The translations under genes and the position numbers were made by a program. Of a DNA stretch of 64,000 nt, positions 36,949 to 46,965 are shown one piece after another. The notes under the pieces are model-generated. The model saw only the letters and a program-made list of their open reading frames with translations, did no database searches and had not been told where the DNA came from. Source of the stretch: a virus; IMG/VR virus record IMGVR_UViG_3300018080_000099, positions 128,001-192,000 of that record; one strand, 5' to 3'. The number at the start of each line of letters is the position of its first letter. Within the stretch, counting starts at the first letter, position 1.

Positions 36949-37266
36949 ATGAGTACAGGAATAAATATAAAAAGACTACATCATGTTATATTTGCCTCAA
37001 GTTACCGTTCAAAGATTAAGGTGCTTCAGAGTATAGGTAGAGGCCTGAGAACCCACAAGACTAAGGACTTGTTAATTGTGTGGGATATTGTTGATGACTT
37101 GAGTTTCATACACAAGTGGGGCGATAAGGATGTGCTTCACAAAAACCATGTGTTCAAGCACTGGTATCAGAGATTGCAATACTATAAAAAACAAGGCTTT
37201 AATTTTGTCACAAGAAAGATAAATACAACTGAATATTATACTCAGGAGGATTCGGAAAATGGCTAA
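36949..37266 (+). CDS. SF2 helicase C-terminal segment (motifs V and VI); candidate exon 2
   Basis: STGINIKRLHHVIF (motif V) and QSIGRGLR (motif VI). No RBS before its ATG. The in-frame sequence extends back to 36943. Confidence 0.6.
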   Translation: MSTGINIKRLHHVIFASSYRSKIKVLQSIGRGLRTHKTKDLLIVWDIVDDLSFIHKWGDKDVLHKNHVFKHWYQRLQYYKKQGFNFVTRKINTTEYYTQEDSENG

Positions 37267-37927
37267 GAAGCCCAAATACATTAAAAAGTACTTCACCAAA
37301 CACGGTAAGGAAACCGAGGATTTGGAGAAGGCCGAAAAGGTTGTTATCGAATTGCAAGGCAGCGAAGCCGCACAAGCTACCAAAGTTGCTAAAGCATTGA
37401 GTAGTGCTGCTACTGAAAAGAAAAAATTCGATAATGATGTTAAGAAGTACGGCGCTCAAGCAACTGAAATGATTGAAGCGGCAACGGATGTGGCTGACGA
37501 AGCTTTCACAAGAGTTCTTCAAATGTCGCAAATGGCATTGGCGCTTGATAAAAGTGCTCCAACTCCAAAGGCCCAGTTTGATAATGAGGGATTCATGAAG
37601 GCAGTTATAGAAGCATCGGGACTTGCTGAGGACGTAATTGAAGAACTTCGTGCGAAGTTCACTACTGAGGTTATGAAGAAAAGAAAGCCGAGCGTTAAAG
37701 CAGTACCTGTTGAATCGAATTTGGAAGAAAGCATCTGGGGTAAAATCACCGGCAATGTCATGAAAGTCTTGTCGGTACTTGGAAGAAGCTTTACAGACTC
37801 AGTGAAAAATTTCTTCAATGACACAGACCAGCTCATGGCTGATATGAGAAAACAGCTTGCGTCTTATCAGAAATACGAAAGCTACCAAAACTACGAAAAG
37901 TACTTGAAGGATGCAGGAGCATTTTAA
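37259..37927 (+). CDS. Hypothetical alpha-helical protein
   Basis: 222-aa ORF whose start overlaps the stop of the previous gene. Confidence 0.5.
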   Translation: MAKKPKYIKKYFTKHGKETEDLEKAEKVVIELQGSEAAQATKVAKALSSAATEKKKFDNDVKKYGAQATEMIEAATDVADEAFTRVLQMSQMALALDKSAPTPKAQFDNEGFMKAVIEASGLAEDVIEELRAKFTTEVMKKRKPSVKAVPVESNLEESIWGKITGNVMKVLSVLGRSFTDSVKNFFNDTDQLMADMRKQLASYQKYESYQNYEKYLKDAGAF

Positions 37928-38430
37928 TGGGATTTTTGAAGTGTCTCAAAGAAGGCTTGTACGATGAGGAAAGAGAGGATGTAGTCGAAGAGCCCCAAGA
38001 GTATGACTTCCAAGGACAGGTAGACATGTCCGCGGAACTAGGGAATGCAGACGAGTACCTTTACTCCAATTCCGAACCTATGACCTATTATGCTAACGGT
38101 AATGGGTTTGAGTTGACAGACAACGACCAACTGTACGAGATAATTAAGCTCGTACATGAGTTGACTGACAAGCATTTCTTTGTGAGAGACTTGACATGGA
38201 AAGCAAACATTAAACATAGATACGTCGAATTCATTTTCAAGCTAGGTGAAGGTGACGACGAAGCAGACAAATTTTTTCTCGATGGAGTTCACGCTTATCT
38301 TAACAGTGAAATCCTGAAAAACTTTGGACCACTGTACAATGTTTACAAGGAACCTTTTGTAGACAGTGTGGGGAAAAACTCAGCTAAGATAACCGTGAAA
38401 AAGAAAAGCGAGGAAGAAAAACATGTTTGA
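37927..38430 (+). CDS. Hypothetical acidic protein
   Basis: 167-aa ORF with ATG/TAA overlap. Confidence 0.5.
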   Translation: MGFLKCLKEGLYDEEREDVVEEPQEYDFQGQVDMSAELGNADEYLYSNSEPMTYYANGNGFELTDNDQLYEIIKLVHELTDKHFFVRDLTWKANIKHRYVEFIFKLGEGDDEADKFFLDGVHAYLNSEILKNFGPLYNVYKEPFVDSVGKNSAKITVKKKSEEEKHV

Positions 38431-39160
38431 CGCAGAAACGTGGGAAGTATTTTTTGACTTCATTGAGTCATTCGGCATGGACTGGTGGCAGGCTTTGATT
38501 TTCATTACTGTCATCTTATTCACATGGGCTGTAGGAAAGTTTTGGCGAAATGTACTTGCATGGATTGGCAAGAAGCTTGGCGGAGTATCTCCTGAGACAC
38601 TTCAGTATCGAATGTTCTGGGGCTTGGTTAGTGATGCCCTGAATATCAAGATGAAGAATGAACTCCGTAGGTCATTTAAGGAAAACGGATTCCATGAGAC
38701 AAGTGGAAACGATTTCTCAGCATACGTCAAGAATCAGAGCAAGGCTTTGATGTCGATGCTGAGAGACCATATCATAAACCTATATCCTCCGACAAACAAC
38801 AAACTGATTGTAAGTATGGAAGATGTATTGGATTATTTGGATAAGAAGGAGCCTGAGATAGAGGATTCCTTTTTTGAAATTTACATAGAAGCAAAGAGAC
38901 TCCGTAAGCATGAAATAGATAAGAAGGCAGACATTGAAACGAAGTTCGCGGAAGAAATCAATACCTTCGTGGAAAAGGACCATGACGACTGTAGTAGTTG
39001 TATGCTAATCCTTTTCGGCAAAAGAGAGATTGCTGAGAACAAGAAAGAGCAGATTAAAACGCTTAAAGCACAGATGAATTTTGTTGAACAGAAGTTTACG
39101 GAGATACAATCAGACTTACTCTCATTTTACAGTGAGAAGATAAACGACAAGAATAAATAA
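38423..39160 (+). CDS. Hypothetical membrane-associated protein
   Basis: Hydrophobic segment WWQALIFITVILFTWAVGKFW near the N-terminus. 245 aa. Confidence 0.5.
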   Translation: MFDAETWEVFFDFIESFGMDWWQALIFITVILFTWAVGKFWRNVLAWIGKKLGGVSPETLQYRMFWGLVSDALNIKMKNELRRSFKENGFHETSGNDFSAYVKNQSKALMSMLRDHIINLYPPTNNKLIVSMEDVLDYLDKKEPEIEDSFFEIYIEAKRLRKHEIDKKADIETKFAEEINTFVEKDHDDCSSCMLILFGKREIAENKKEQIKTLKAQMNFVEQKFTEIQSDLLSFYSEKINDKNK

Positions 39161-39170
39161 GGAGGATATA

Positions 39171-39500
39171 ATGGCCGAGGACATCAACAGAATCATAACC
39201 GATTTCGTGAATTACGACATTGAGAATGATTACTACCAAGAAGATGATAAGGATGAATTAGTTAGAGACTTCAAAAAGATTCTCTATCATGATGACCCGA
39301 CTGTTCGTCAGTGGCTCAAGGCAGTTTTCAATAGTTCTCAGATGCTTGCAGATGAGTATGATTTGATTGCTAAGGAAGGCGAGGCTGAAGAAGTTCCTGT
39401 GGAAGAGCCTGAGGGTGAAGTAGTAGAACCTGAGATTGAAGAGCCTGAGGAGAGGTTGAGGAACCTGAGGGAGCATTGGAAGAACCTGAAGGTGCCGTAG
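39171..39500 (+). CDS. Hypothetical acidic protein
   Basis: 109-aa ORF with AGGAGG upstream. Confidence 0.45.
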   Translation: MAEDINRIITDFVNYDIENDYYQEDDKDELVRDFKKILYHDDPTVRQWLKAVFNSSQMLADEYDLIAKEGEAEEVPVEEPEGEVVEPEIEEPEERLRNLREHWKNLKVP

Positions 39501-39634
39501 AGGAACCACCAATGGAAGAGCCTGAGGATGCCGAGGAAGAAGCTGAGGACGCCGAAGAAAAGAATGAATCAGCGATTAGAGAAGTATATATCAAAACCGC
39601 TGCTAATTTATTGTACGAATAAACGGAGGAACTT

Positions 39635-39961
39635 ATGGGTGGATTTTTAGACTATCTGGACAATTACGAAATCAAGTCTGAGAAACCAGTACCACCAAAA
39701 CCAAAGAAGGTGGTTAAGGAGTCGCAGAAGAAAGTCGTAAAGAAAGTGGCCAAGAAACAACCATTCAAAATACCGCCAAAGAAAGTCATTAAATACCCGG
39801 TGAAGGAGACTTATTCACATGCTGTTGATATTTTGGATGGACTACCGGACGAGCCGGTTGCTCCACCAATGGTTGAAGGACAGTCTGTACCAATAATGCC
39901 TCCGAAACCACAGGAGCCTGATTTGGACACCGTTGCCGGTCATGCTTCCGCACTTTTGTAA
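39635..39961 (+). CDS. Lys/Pro-rich basic protein (possible internal or DNA-binding virion protein)
   Basis: KPVPPKPKKVVKESQKKVVKKVAKK repeats. 108 aa. Confidence 0.45.
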   Translation: MGGFLDYLDNYEIKSEKPVPPKPKKVVKESQKKVVKKVAKKQPFKIPPKKVIKYPVKETYSHAVDILDGLPDEPVAPPMVEGQSVPIMPPKPQEPDLDTVAGHASALL

Positions 39962-39973
39962 GAAGGAGATAAC

Positions 39974-40396
39974 ATGCCTACAGTAACTACAAATCTTTAC
40001 AGACAGGAATCTGCCGGAGGAAATGTCAGCTTGAGTGGTGACAGTTTCAATGTCTCACTTATGGACAGTTATGTTTCTGCAACTGACACTTCCGCGTTGA
40101 AACATGTAAACTATTGGTCAGAAGTTTCTGCTAATGAGGTTAGTGGGGCAACATACTCTGCAATGGCGTTGTCAGCCGATACTCTTTCAGCCAACTCAAG
40201 TGATGTTGTGTATTGGGATGGTGTCAATCTAACGTGGACTGGTGTAACAGTTAGTCCGTATGGATTGGCAATCTATCGTCCATCGGACAACTTGGTAGTT
40301 GGTTTCGTGGAGTTTGACAATGCTCCAATTGTGGCAGTCAATGGGTCCATTACGATTAGCTGGAACCCTGCTGGCATTATGAACATATTTGGATAA
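39974..40396 (+). CDS. Hypothetical structural protein
   Basis: 140-aa ORF with AGGAG upstream. Confidence 0.5.
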   Translation: MPTVTTNLYRQESAGGNVSLSGDSFNVSLMDSYVSATDTSALKHVNYWSEVSANEVSGATYSAMALSADTLSANSSDVVYWDGVNLTWTGVTVSPYGLAIYRPSDNLVVGFVEFDNAPIVAVNGSITISWNPAGIMNIFG

Positions 40397-40406
40397 GGAG
40401 TAATCA

Positions 40407-40880
40407 ATGTCGAGAACGGGCGCTCAACTAAAAGCAAAGTGGGACGACGACCCTTTACTTCCTATGCGTTTGGCAAAAAAGAGTTATCCTATTAAGGATG
40501 ACTCTACTGTATATGAGCCAGTCTATGCTCAAATAAGAGTCTACTACAATAAGAACGGTAAAGCTGACATTCACCAAGAAAATTTTGAGGACACGACTAA
40601 AACATTATCAGCCGCAATTCCTCATTTTGATGACTTAAATTCAGTAAGAATCTTTTTGAGCTATGTTCCTAGTGTTAGCGCATTTTGGGATAATTTCAAT
40701 AAAGGTCCTCAGGACAGAGTTGAAATAAAAATGTTTGACATGTATGAAGATTATAGTTTATCAGAATTACAGGCTTTTGGGACTCTTAAAACTAAAAATA
40801 TTGGAGAGCTGACCCTTCAACAATTGCTTGATGCAATCGAGGGGAAGAAAGTTTCAGCAACCATAGAATCAATAAGGTAA
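40407..40880 (+). CDS. Hypothetical protein
   Basis: 157-aa ORF. Confidence 0.5.
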   Translation: MSRTGAQLKAKWDDDPLLPMRLAKKSYPIKDDSTVYEPVYAQIRVYYNKNGKADIHQENFEDTTKTLSAAIPHFDDLNSVRIFLSYVPSVSAFWDNFNKGPQDRVEIKMFDMYEDYSLSELQAFGTLKTKNIGELTLQQLLDAIEGKKVSATIESIR

Positions 40881-40884
40881 TTTA

Positions 40885-43800
40885 ATGGCAACCTTTACTG
40901 ATGCACAAAACGGTAACTGGGCAGATACCAATTCGTGGAATGAAGTAGGATTTCCGGTAGCCGGAGATGATGTAACCATTTCAGCCTACAACATTTCGTT
41001 ATCCGCAGACGAAGCTTGTGCTAGCCTTGACATTCAAGGTGGAAACTTCAACTTTGGTACCGGCGGATATACCATGACTGTATCCGGTGACTATACAGTC
41101 GCCAACAGTTCAGGTTTAATCACTCAAGGAGATGGAACACTTTTCTTATCGGGTGATGGAAACCTTTCTACGCCCCATCAAGATAACGGGCCTGATTTAA
41201 TAAAATGTGCTAATTCTGGTTATACCACAACTCTGGCATCCACTTCGGAAGTTAGAAGTATGCGTTGGTTGGGCGGAACATTTGGTGTTGGAAGTAGCCA
41301 GCATATAGCCGTTGGTCAACAAGCAGGCGATGAAGACCTTGTATTTTCGGCAGACCCCGGAACAACGGCTACTGTTGGTGGTGGTGGAGAAATATACTTC
41401 TCTACGCGTAACAGCGAAACTCGTAATATTGCCGGTTTTGATTTTAATGCGGCTATTGGTTTAAGCTTTTTTGGTGCTGGTGATTTTAACATTTCGGGAA
41501 CCATTTTTAGAACTACTGGTGGTATTTGGAATTGGATGAATCCGGGTTCGTGGAATTTGTTAGGTGGTGTTAATGTCGATTGTGAAGGTCTACAGAACAA
41601 TGACTGTACTTTAAATACTGGAACTGGCACGCACATCTTTAGAAGTGTTACTACATTCACATCCAACGCAACTTTCAATTTTAGCGCATCTAACTGGATA
41701 CTTACAGGCGAGTGGGACCCTGGTTCAACCACCACAGTCAATACCCAACAAGGTACAATAACTTTCAGTGGAGGTTCAGACCAAGATGTTACCTCTCACG
41801 GTGAAACTTTACCAGACATAATTGTTGATAAGTCCGGTGGAACAGTTGCACAGCAAGACGATTTTAACTGTGAGGACTTTTCAATCTCCGGTGGAACATG
41901 GGACACTAACGGTGGTTCCAACTATGATTTGGATGTTGATGGAGACTTTTTACTAGCTGGTGGAACCATTGATGTACAAAGCTCTGATGTGCTTCTTGCC
42001 CAAGGATTCCTTAAAACAGGCGGAACGCTTACAGAAGATTCAAGTAGATGGATATTTAATGGAAATACAGGAACACATACTATCGACTCGTCTTCCGGCA
42101 TTCTTCCTACATTTATCGTTAGTGGAACAGGTGGAACATGGAACTGGGGTGGTACTAATGGATTTGATGCCGTTACAGTAGAAGCTGGAACATTCTCGCT
42201 TAACAACAACAGTAAACAGGTATCATGGACTTCATTGACTGTTAATGGTGGTTTCTTCGATGCTACCAATGGTACGATAGAACCTTATGGTGGAATCACG
42301 ATTGCTGATGCCGCAAACATTGCTGACTTTGGAACATCCAAGATTGTATTCCCTCTTGGTCAGTCTGTATCTAACCCTAACTCAACAAACCCGTTTTACA
42401 ACATTGTGGTTGATGATGGTACAGTAACCATGAACAGTGTTCTTCGCTGTGATGGTGAGATTCAGATTGATGGTGGTACTCTTGATGTTCAATCTTACGA
42501 TGTATACTGTGACGACCTTGACATCAATGGTGGCACATTGGATTTGTCTGATGCCGCCGGCCCTACAGTTTATATTACCGGAGATATAGATGCTACTGGT
42601 AGTGGAACGATTTCGGAAGGAAGTTCAACATTTGATTTTTATGGCGACACCGACCAAAACATAACAAGTAATGGAATAGCTTTTAATGATGTTGTCGTTA
42701 CAAATGTAGACGGTACTATACGTTTTGTAGACGCGTCAACAATATCAGGAACATTTGCACCGGGTAATGGCTCATCTACTGTTACTGTTGGTTTTGAAGA
42801 ATCGCAGAATCACTATTGGGGAGCATATGATGATACGAATGCTTCGGGTGATAGTACGGTTGTTTTAGTAAGTAATTCTCCGACAACGCAGTGGAACCTG
42901 ACAATAGGTTCAAACCAGTCAGCATTCCATACAGATGTAACTGACAGTAATTTGACAGGTAACACTATTGATGCTACCGCGGCAGGAAACGTCGATGGTG
43001 GAAACAACAGCGTAAATTGGATTTTCGCAGACGAGTCGAGTTCAAGCGAATCAAGCTCAAGTGAATCGAGCCAGAGTTCGCCGTCCTCAGAGTCGAGTAG
43101 TAGTGAATCGAGTCAGAGTTCGCCATCTTCGGAGTCAAGTTCATCTGAATCAAGCCCTTCCTCAGAGTCGAGTCCTTCGTCTGAATCTAGTTCAAGTGAA
43201 TCTAGTCCTTCATCGGAGTCGAGTTCATCTGAATCGAGTCAGAGTTCGCCTTCAAGCGAATCGAGTAGCAGCGAATCAAGTCCTTCGTCAGAGTCTAGTT
43301 CCAGTGAGTCTAGTCAGTCAAGTCCTTCGTCAGAATCAAGCCAGAGTTCGCCTTCCAGTGAGTCGAGTTCTTCACAGTCTAGCCCATCTTCGGAATCCAG
43401 TTCAAGCGAATCTTCTCCGTCAAGTCCGTCGTCGGAATCAAGCTCAAGTCAGTCTAGTCCTTCGTCGGAATCGAGTAGCGAATCGAGTCAGAGTTCAGAA
43501 TCGTCCGTAAGCGAGTCGAGTCAGTCGTCTGAATCTAGCGAATCCAGTTCAAGCGAATCTTCTCCGTCAAGTCCGTCGTCGGAATCCAGCAGTTCTGAAT
43601 CGAGTCTATCTTCGGAATCGAGTGAGTCGAGTTCCAGCGAATCTTCTCCTTCGTCTGAAAGTAGTTCCTCGCAGTCATCGCAGTCATCTGAATCTAGTGA
43701 GTCAAGTTCCAGCGAATCAAGTCCGTCGTCTGAGTCAAGTCAGTCGTCACCAAGCTCAGAATCAAGCAGTAGTGAATCGAGTCAGAGTTCGCCGTCGTCT

Positions 43801-45516
43801 GAATCGAGTAGTAGCGAATCAAGTCAGTCGTCACCAAGCTCAGAATCAAGCAGTAGTGAGTCCAGCTCAAGTGAATCGAGTCAGAGTTCACCATCATCGG
43901 AATCAAGCAGTAGTGAATCGAGTCAGAGTTCGCCTTCATCAGAATCTTCAGTAAGTGAATCAAGTCCGTCATCGGAATCAAGCTCAAGTGAGTCGAGCCA
44001 GTCGTCTGAGTCTAGCGAATCAAGTTCTTCGGAGTCTAGTCCGTCGTCTGAATCATCAGTCAGCGAATCAAGCCAGTCAAGTGAATCGTCCGTGAGCGAG
44101 TCGAGCCAGTCGTCTGAGTCGAGTGAATCAAGTTCCAGCGAATCTTCTCCGTCAAGTCCGTCGTCTGAGTCCAGCAGTTCCGAATCAAGCCCATCGTCAG
44201 AGTCAAGCGAATCAAGTTCTTCTCAGTCGAGTCCTTCGTCAGAGTCAAGCGAATCAAGTTCTTCTCAGTCGAGTCCTTCGTCAGAGTCAAGCGAATCAAG
44301 TTCTTCGGAGTCGAGTCCGTCGTCTGAATCTTCGAGTTCCGAATCGAGTCAGTCATCGCAGTCTAGTGAGTCAAGCTCAAGCCAGAGTTCACAGTCATCG
44401 GAATCGTCTAGTTCTGAGTCGAGTCCTTCGTCTGAGTCGTCTGAATCAAGCTCAAGCCAGTCATCACCATCGTCTGAATCTTCGAGTTCTGAGTCGAGTC
44501 CTTCTTCCGAATCTTCAAGTTCGGAATCAAGTCCTTCTTCCCAGTCGAGCCAGTCCGATGAATCAAGCTCAAGCATTTCAAGCTCAAGTGAGTCGAGTCC
44601 ATCTTCGGAGTCAAGTTCTTCTGAATCGAGTCCTTCGTCTGAGTCGAGTGAGTCCTCGCCGTCGAGTGAGTCAAGCTCAAGTGAGTCGAGTCCGTCGTCG
44701 GAATCAAGCGAGTCGAGTTCTAGCGAATCGAGCCCTTCATCTCAGTCGAGCGAATCTAGTTCCTCACAGTCGAGTCCTTCGTCACAGTCAAGCGAATCTA
44801 GTTCCTCACAGTCAAGTGAAAGCTCGCCATCTTCGGAATCTAGCAGCAGTGAATCTAGCTCATCTGAGTCGAGTGTAAGCTCACCGTCATCTGAATCAAG
44901 CGAATCGAGTTCTTCACAGTCGAGTGAAAGTTCTCCTTCGTCACAGTCGAGTGAGTCTAGTTCTTCTCAGTCAAGTGAATCTTCTCCTTCAAGTGAGTCG
45001 AGTTCTTCTCAGTCAAGTCAGAGTTCACCGTCATCTGAATCAAGCTCAAGTGAAAGCTCTCCTTCATCGGAGTCAAGCTCAAGCCAATCATCGGAATCAA
45101 GTCAAAGCTCTCCTTCGTCAGAGTCGAGCAGTAGTGAATCGAGTCCTTCGTCTGAATCAAGCGTATCTTCTGAGTCAAGTGAATCGAGTTCATCTAGTAG
45201 TTCGGAATCAAGTCAAAGCTCTCCTTCATCTGAGAGTAGCTCTTCGGAATCGAGCCAGAGTTCACCATCGTCCGAATCTAGCTCATCTGAATCAAGTCAA
45301 AGCTCGCCTTCATCTGAGAGTAGTTCTTCTCAGTCAAGTCAGTCGAGTCCAAGCTCAGAGTCGGAATCGAGCCAGTCATCGCCGTCAAGCGAATCAAGCG
45401 AATCAAGCAGTTCTGAATCAAGTCCTTCGTCTGAATCCAGTGAATCTAGTGAGTCAAGCTCAAGTTCGGCTACAACTCCACCAATGTTTTATTACTACAG
45501 ACGAAGAAGGCTATAA
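40885..45516 (+). CDS. Giant virion-associated protein: N-terminal Gly/Thr/Asn-rich beta-helix/adhesin-like domain (about 710 aa) plus a C-terminal tail of about 820 aa of Ser-Glu-Ser-Pro-Gln low-complexity repeats
   Basis: 1543-aa continuous ORF. Repeated GGT/TGG beta-solenoid-like units in the N-terminal half. The C-terminal half is almost exclusively SESSSSESSPSSESSQSSPS. Ends YYYRRRRL. Confidence 0.7.
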   Translation: MATFTDAQNGNWADTNSWNEVGFPVAGDDVTISAYNISLSADEACASLDIQGGNFNFGTGGYTMTVSGDYTVANSSGLITQGDGTLFLSGDGNLSTPHQDNGPDLIKCANSGYTTTLASTSEVRSMRWLGGTFGVGSSQHIAVGQQAGDEDLVFSADPGTTATVGGGGEIYFSTRNSETRNIAGFDFNAAIGLSFFGAGDFNISGTIFRTTGGIWNWMNPGSWNLLGGVNVDCEGLQNNDCTLNTGTGTHIFRSVTTFTSNATFNFSASNWILTGEWDPGSTTTVNTQQGTITFSGGSDQDVTSHGETLPDIIVDKSGGTVAQQDDFNCEDFSISGGTWDTNGGSNYDLDVDGDFLLAGGTIDVQSSDVLLAQGFLKTGGTLTEDSSRWIFNGNTGTHTIDSSSGILPTFIVSGTGGTWNWGGTNGFDAVTVEAGTFSLNNNSKQVSWTSLTVNGGFFDATNGTIEPYGGITIADAANIADFGTSKIVFPLGQSVSNPNSTNPFYNIVVDDGTVTMNSVLRCDGEIQIDGGTLDVQSYDVYCDDLDINGGTLDLSDAAGPTVYITGDIDATGSGTISEGSSTFDFYGDTDQNITSNGIAFNDVVVTNVDGTIRFVDASTISGTFAPGNGSSTVTVGFEESQNHYWGAYDDTNASGDSTVVLVSNSPTTQWNLTIGSNQSAFHTDVTDSNLTGNTIDATAAGNVDGGNNSVNWIFADESSSSESSSSESSQSSPSSESSSSESSQSSPSSESSSSESSPSSESSPSSESSSSESSPSSESSSSESSQSSPSSESSSSESSPSSESSSSESSQSSPSSESSQSSPSSESSSSQSSPSSESSSSESSPSSPSSESSSSQSSPSSESSSESSQSSESSVSESSQSSESSESSSSESSPSSPSSESSSSESSLSSESSESSSSESSPSSESSSSQSSQSSESSESSSSESSPSSESSQSSPSSESSSSESSQSSPSSESSSSESSQSSPSSESSSSESSSSESSQSSPSSESSSSESSQSSPSSESSVSESSPSSESSSSESSQSSESSESSSSESSPSSESSVSESSQSSESSVSESSQSSESSESSSSESSPSSPSSESSSSESSPSSESSESSSSQSSPSSESSESSSSQSSPSSESSESSSSESSPSSESSSSESSQSSQSSESSSSQSSQSSESSSSESSPSSESSESSSSQSSPSSESSSSESSPSSESSSSESSPSSQSSQSDESSSSISSSSESSPSSESSSSESSPSSESSESSPSSESSSSESSPSSESSESSSSESSPSSQSSESSSSQSSPSSQSSESSSSQSSESSPSSESSSSESSSSESSVSSPSSESSESSSSQSSESSPSSQSSESSSSQSSESSPSSESSSSQSSQSSPSSESSSSESSPSSESSSSQSSESSQSSPSSESSSSESSPSSESSVSSESSESSSSSSSESSQSSPSSESSSSESSQSSPSSESSSSESSQSSPSSESSSSQSSQSSPSSESESSQSSPSSESSESSSSESSPSSESSESSESSSSSATTPPMFYYYRRRRL
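43024..45480 (+). repeat. Degenerate tandem repeat of about 42 nt encoding the Ser-rich tail
   Basis: Repeated tcgagttc(a/t)agcgaatc(a/g)agc... units throughout. Confidence 0.85.
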
Positions 45517-45520
45517 ATAT
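45513..45520 (+). promoter_or_regulatory. T4-type late promoter TATAAATA (overlaps the TAA stop of the giant ORF)
   Basis: Exact motif 33 nt upstream of the ATG at 45554. Confidence 0.45.
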
Positions 45521-45553
45521 AAGTGTAAACCAATTGTAACATGGGAGATATGA

Positions 45554-46105
45554 ATGAATTACTTTAGACAATCAACTTCAGCGACTTTCCGATTCGGGCC
45601 GTTTGTTAGCGAATCCGATGGATATACGCCGGTAACGAACTTAAGTATTTCGGCATCGGACGTTAGATTGTCCAAGGATGGTGGTTCCTTCGCAGCTAAA
45701 AGCGATTCCACTTCGGGCGTACATGATGAGTTTGGTTACTACAACATTACGATGAACGCCACGGATACTGCATCGGCAGGACCACTGAGAGCGGCAGTTG
45801 ATATGGCTGGTGCGCTTCCTGTATGGGAAGATTTTACAGTTCTTCCTGCAAATGTATACGATTCATTGGTAGCCGGAACGGACACCCTTGAGGCTGTAAT
45901 GGTTAGCGCTACAAGTGGTGGTACTTCGGCAATATTCGGAACGACTATTGATACCAAGACGTTTGAGGAAATCTTGGAAATCCTGCTGGCAATGGCCACG
46001 GGTAAGGTCAACAGAACCAACGAAGTATTCAAGTACTATAAGCAGGATAATACGACCGAGCTATATACGCTGACATCGACGACCACTGCACGAACGAGGT
46101 CATAA
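45554..46105 (+). CDS. Hypothetical structural protein
   Basis: 183-aa ORF. Confidence 0.5.
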   Translation: MNYFRQSTSATFRFGPFVSESDGYTPVTNLSISASDVRLSKDGGSFAAKSDSTSGVHDEFGYYNITMNATDTASAGPLRAAVDMAGALPVWEDFTVLPANVYDSLVAGTDTLEAVMVSATSGGTSAIFGTTIDTKTFEEILEILLAMATGKVNRTNEVFKYYKQDNTTELYTLTSTTTARTRS

Positions 46106-46951
46106 ATGGCTAACTGGGTAGGGGTATATAACGCCGGTTGGTTCGGAGAAGGCACGACCAATTCCGACCCATTATCGGTATTCCATCACGGATGGTTCGT
46201 GAGTATGGAGATTAGCGGGGTTTCACCCTCTGCTAGCGTCTATGATAGCGTCTATCTGAACTACCAGAATGTCCCGAACCAGTATATCACCAAATGTATC
46301 AATAGCAGCTATGGCGGTTCCGTAGGAAACTATAACAACGAAAGAGAACTGTTCGATGTTCTTGTCACTGAAGCTTACAACAAGCACGGTGTCTGCATGG
46401 ATTACTACGTCACATCGTATGATAAGGCGTATGATAAGATTTGGGGCGAGGACAACGATAGAAGATACGTCCGCAGATTCGAAGTCATGGCATTCTTCAC
46501 ACTTCCGAGAGAGGAAAGACTCTGGACTAAGTTCGGAATTGAAGGCCTTGACTCATTTAGTATGTACGTTTCCAAGAGGCACTTCTGGACGGCTTCACAA
46601 TACGATGCCGCTCAGACAACTCCAAATGCTTATAGTCCGTATATTCCTAAAGCAGGAGACTACATTTACTCTAAATACAACAAATATGTCTATGAGATTG
46701 TCGAAGTAAAAGACGAAATCATGATGAACTTGCTGTCCAAACAGCACGTTTGGGAATTCATGGTGAAGCCATTCAAGGACGAACATATCGAAACCACGAG
46801 TCTTACATCGGCATCACCAATGTCAGCTATCACGAATAAGGATAGCGACAAGTTTGATATTACCAGTGTTGTGGACGCTAAGAAGCCAGATGTTAACTAT
46901 CAACCGCCTCCAACTGAGGAAGGTCCAGACGACCCATTTGGCAATTGGTAA
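46106..46951 (+). CDS. Hypothetical structural protein
   Basis: 281-aa ORF with ATG/TAA overlap. Confidence 0.5.
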   Translation: MANWVGVYNAGWFGEGTTNSDPLSVFHHGWFVSMEISGVSPSASVYDSVYLNYQNVPNQYITKCINSSYGGSVGNYNNERELFDVLVTEAYNKHGVCMDYYVTSYDKAYDKIWGEDNDRRYVRRFEVMAFFTLPREERLWTKFGIEGLDSFSMYVSKRHFWTASQYDAAQTTPNAYSPYIPKAGDYIYSKYNKYVYEIVEVKDEIMMNLLSKQHVWEFMVKPFKDEHIETTSLTSASPMSAITNKDSDKFDITSVVDAKKPDVNYQPPPTEEGPDDPFGNW

Positions 46952-46965
46952 AATAAGGAGGAAAC

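Noticed and set aside
43061-45553. Plus-strand alternative-frame Arg/Val/Leu-rich ORFs (43061-43510, 43622-43954, 44123-44878, 44924-45553), and minus-strand Asp/Glu-rich or other ORFs (e.g. 44349-44576, 44408-44707), inside the Ser-repeat tract
   Set aside because: They are frame-shifted or antisense readings of the same 42-nt repeat. The Ser frame is continuous with the upstream N-terminal domain, and only it is plausible.
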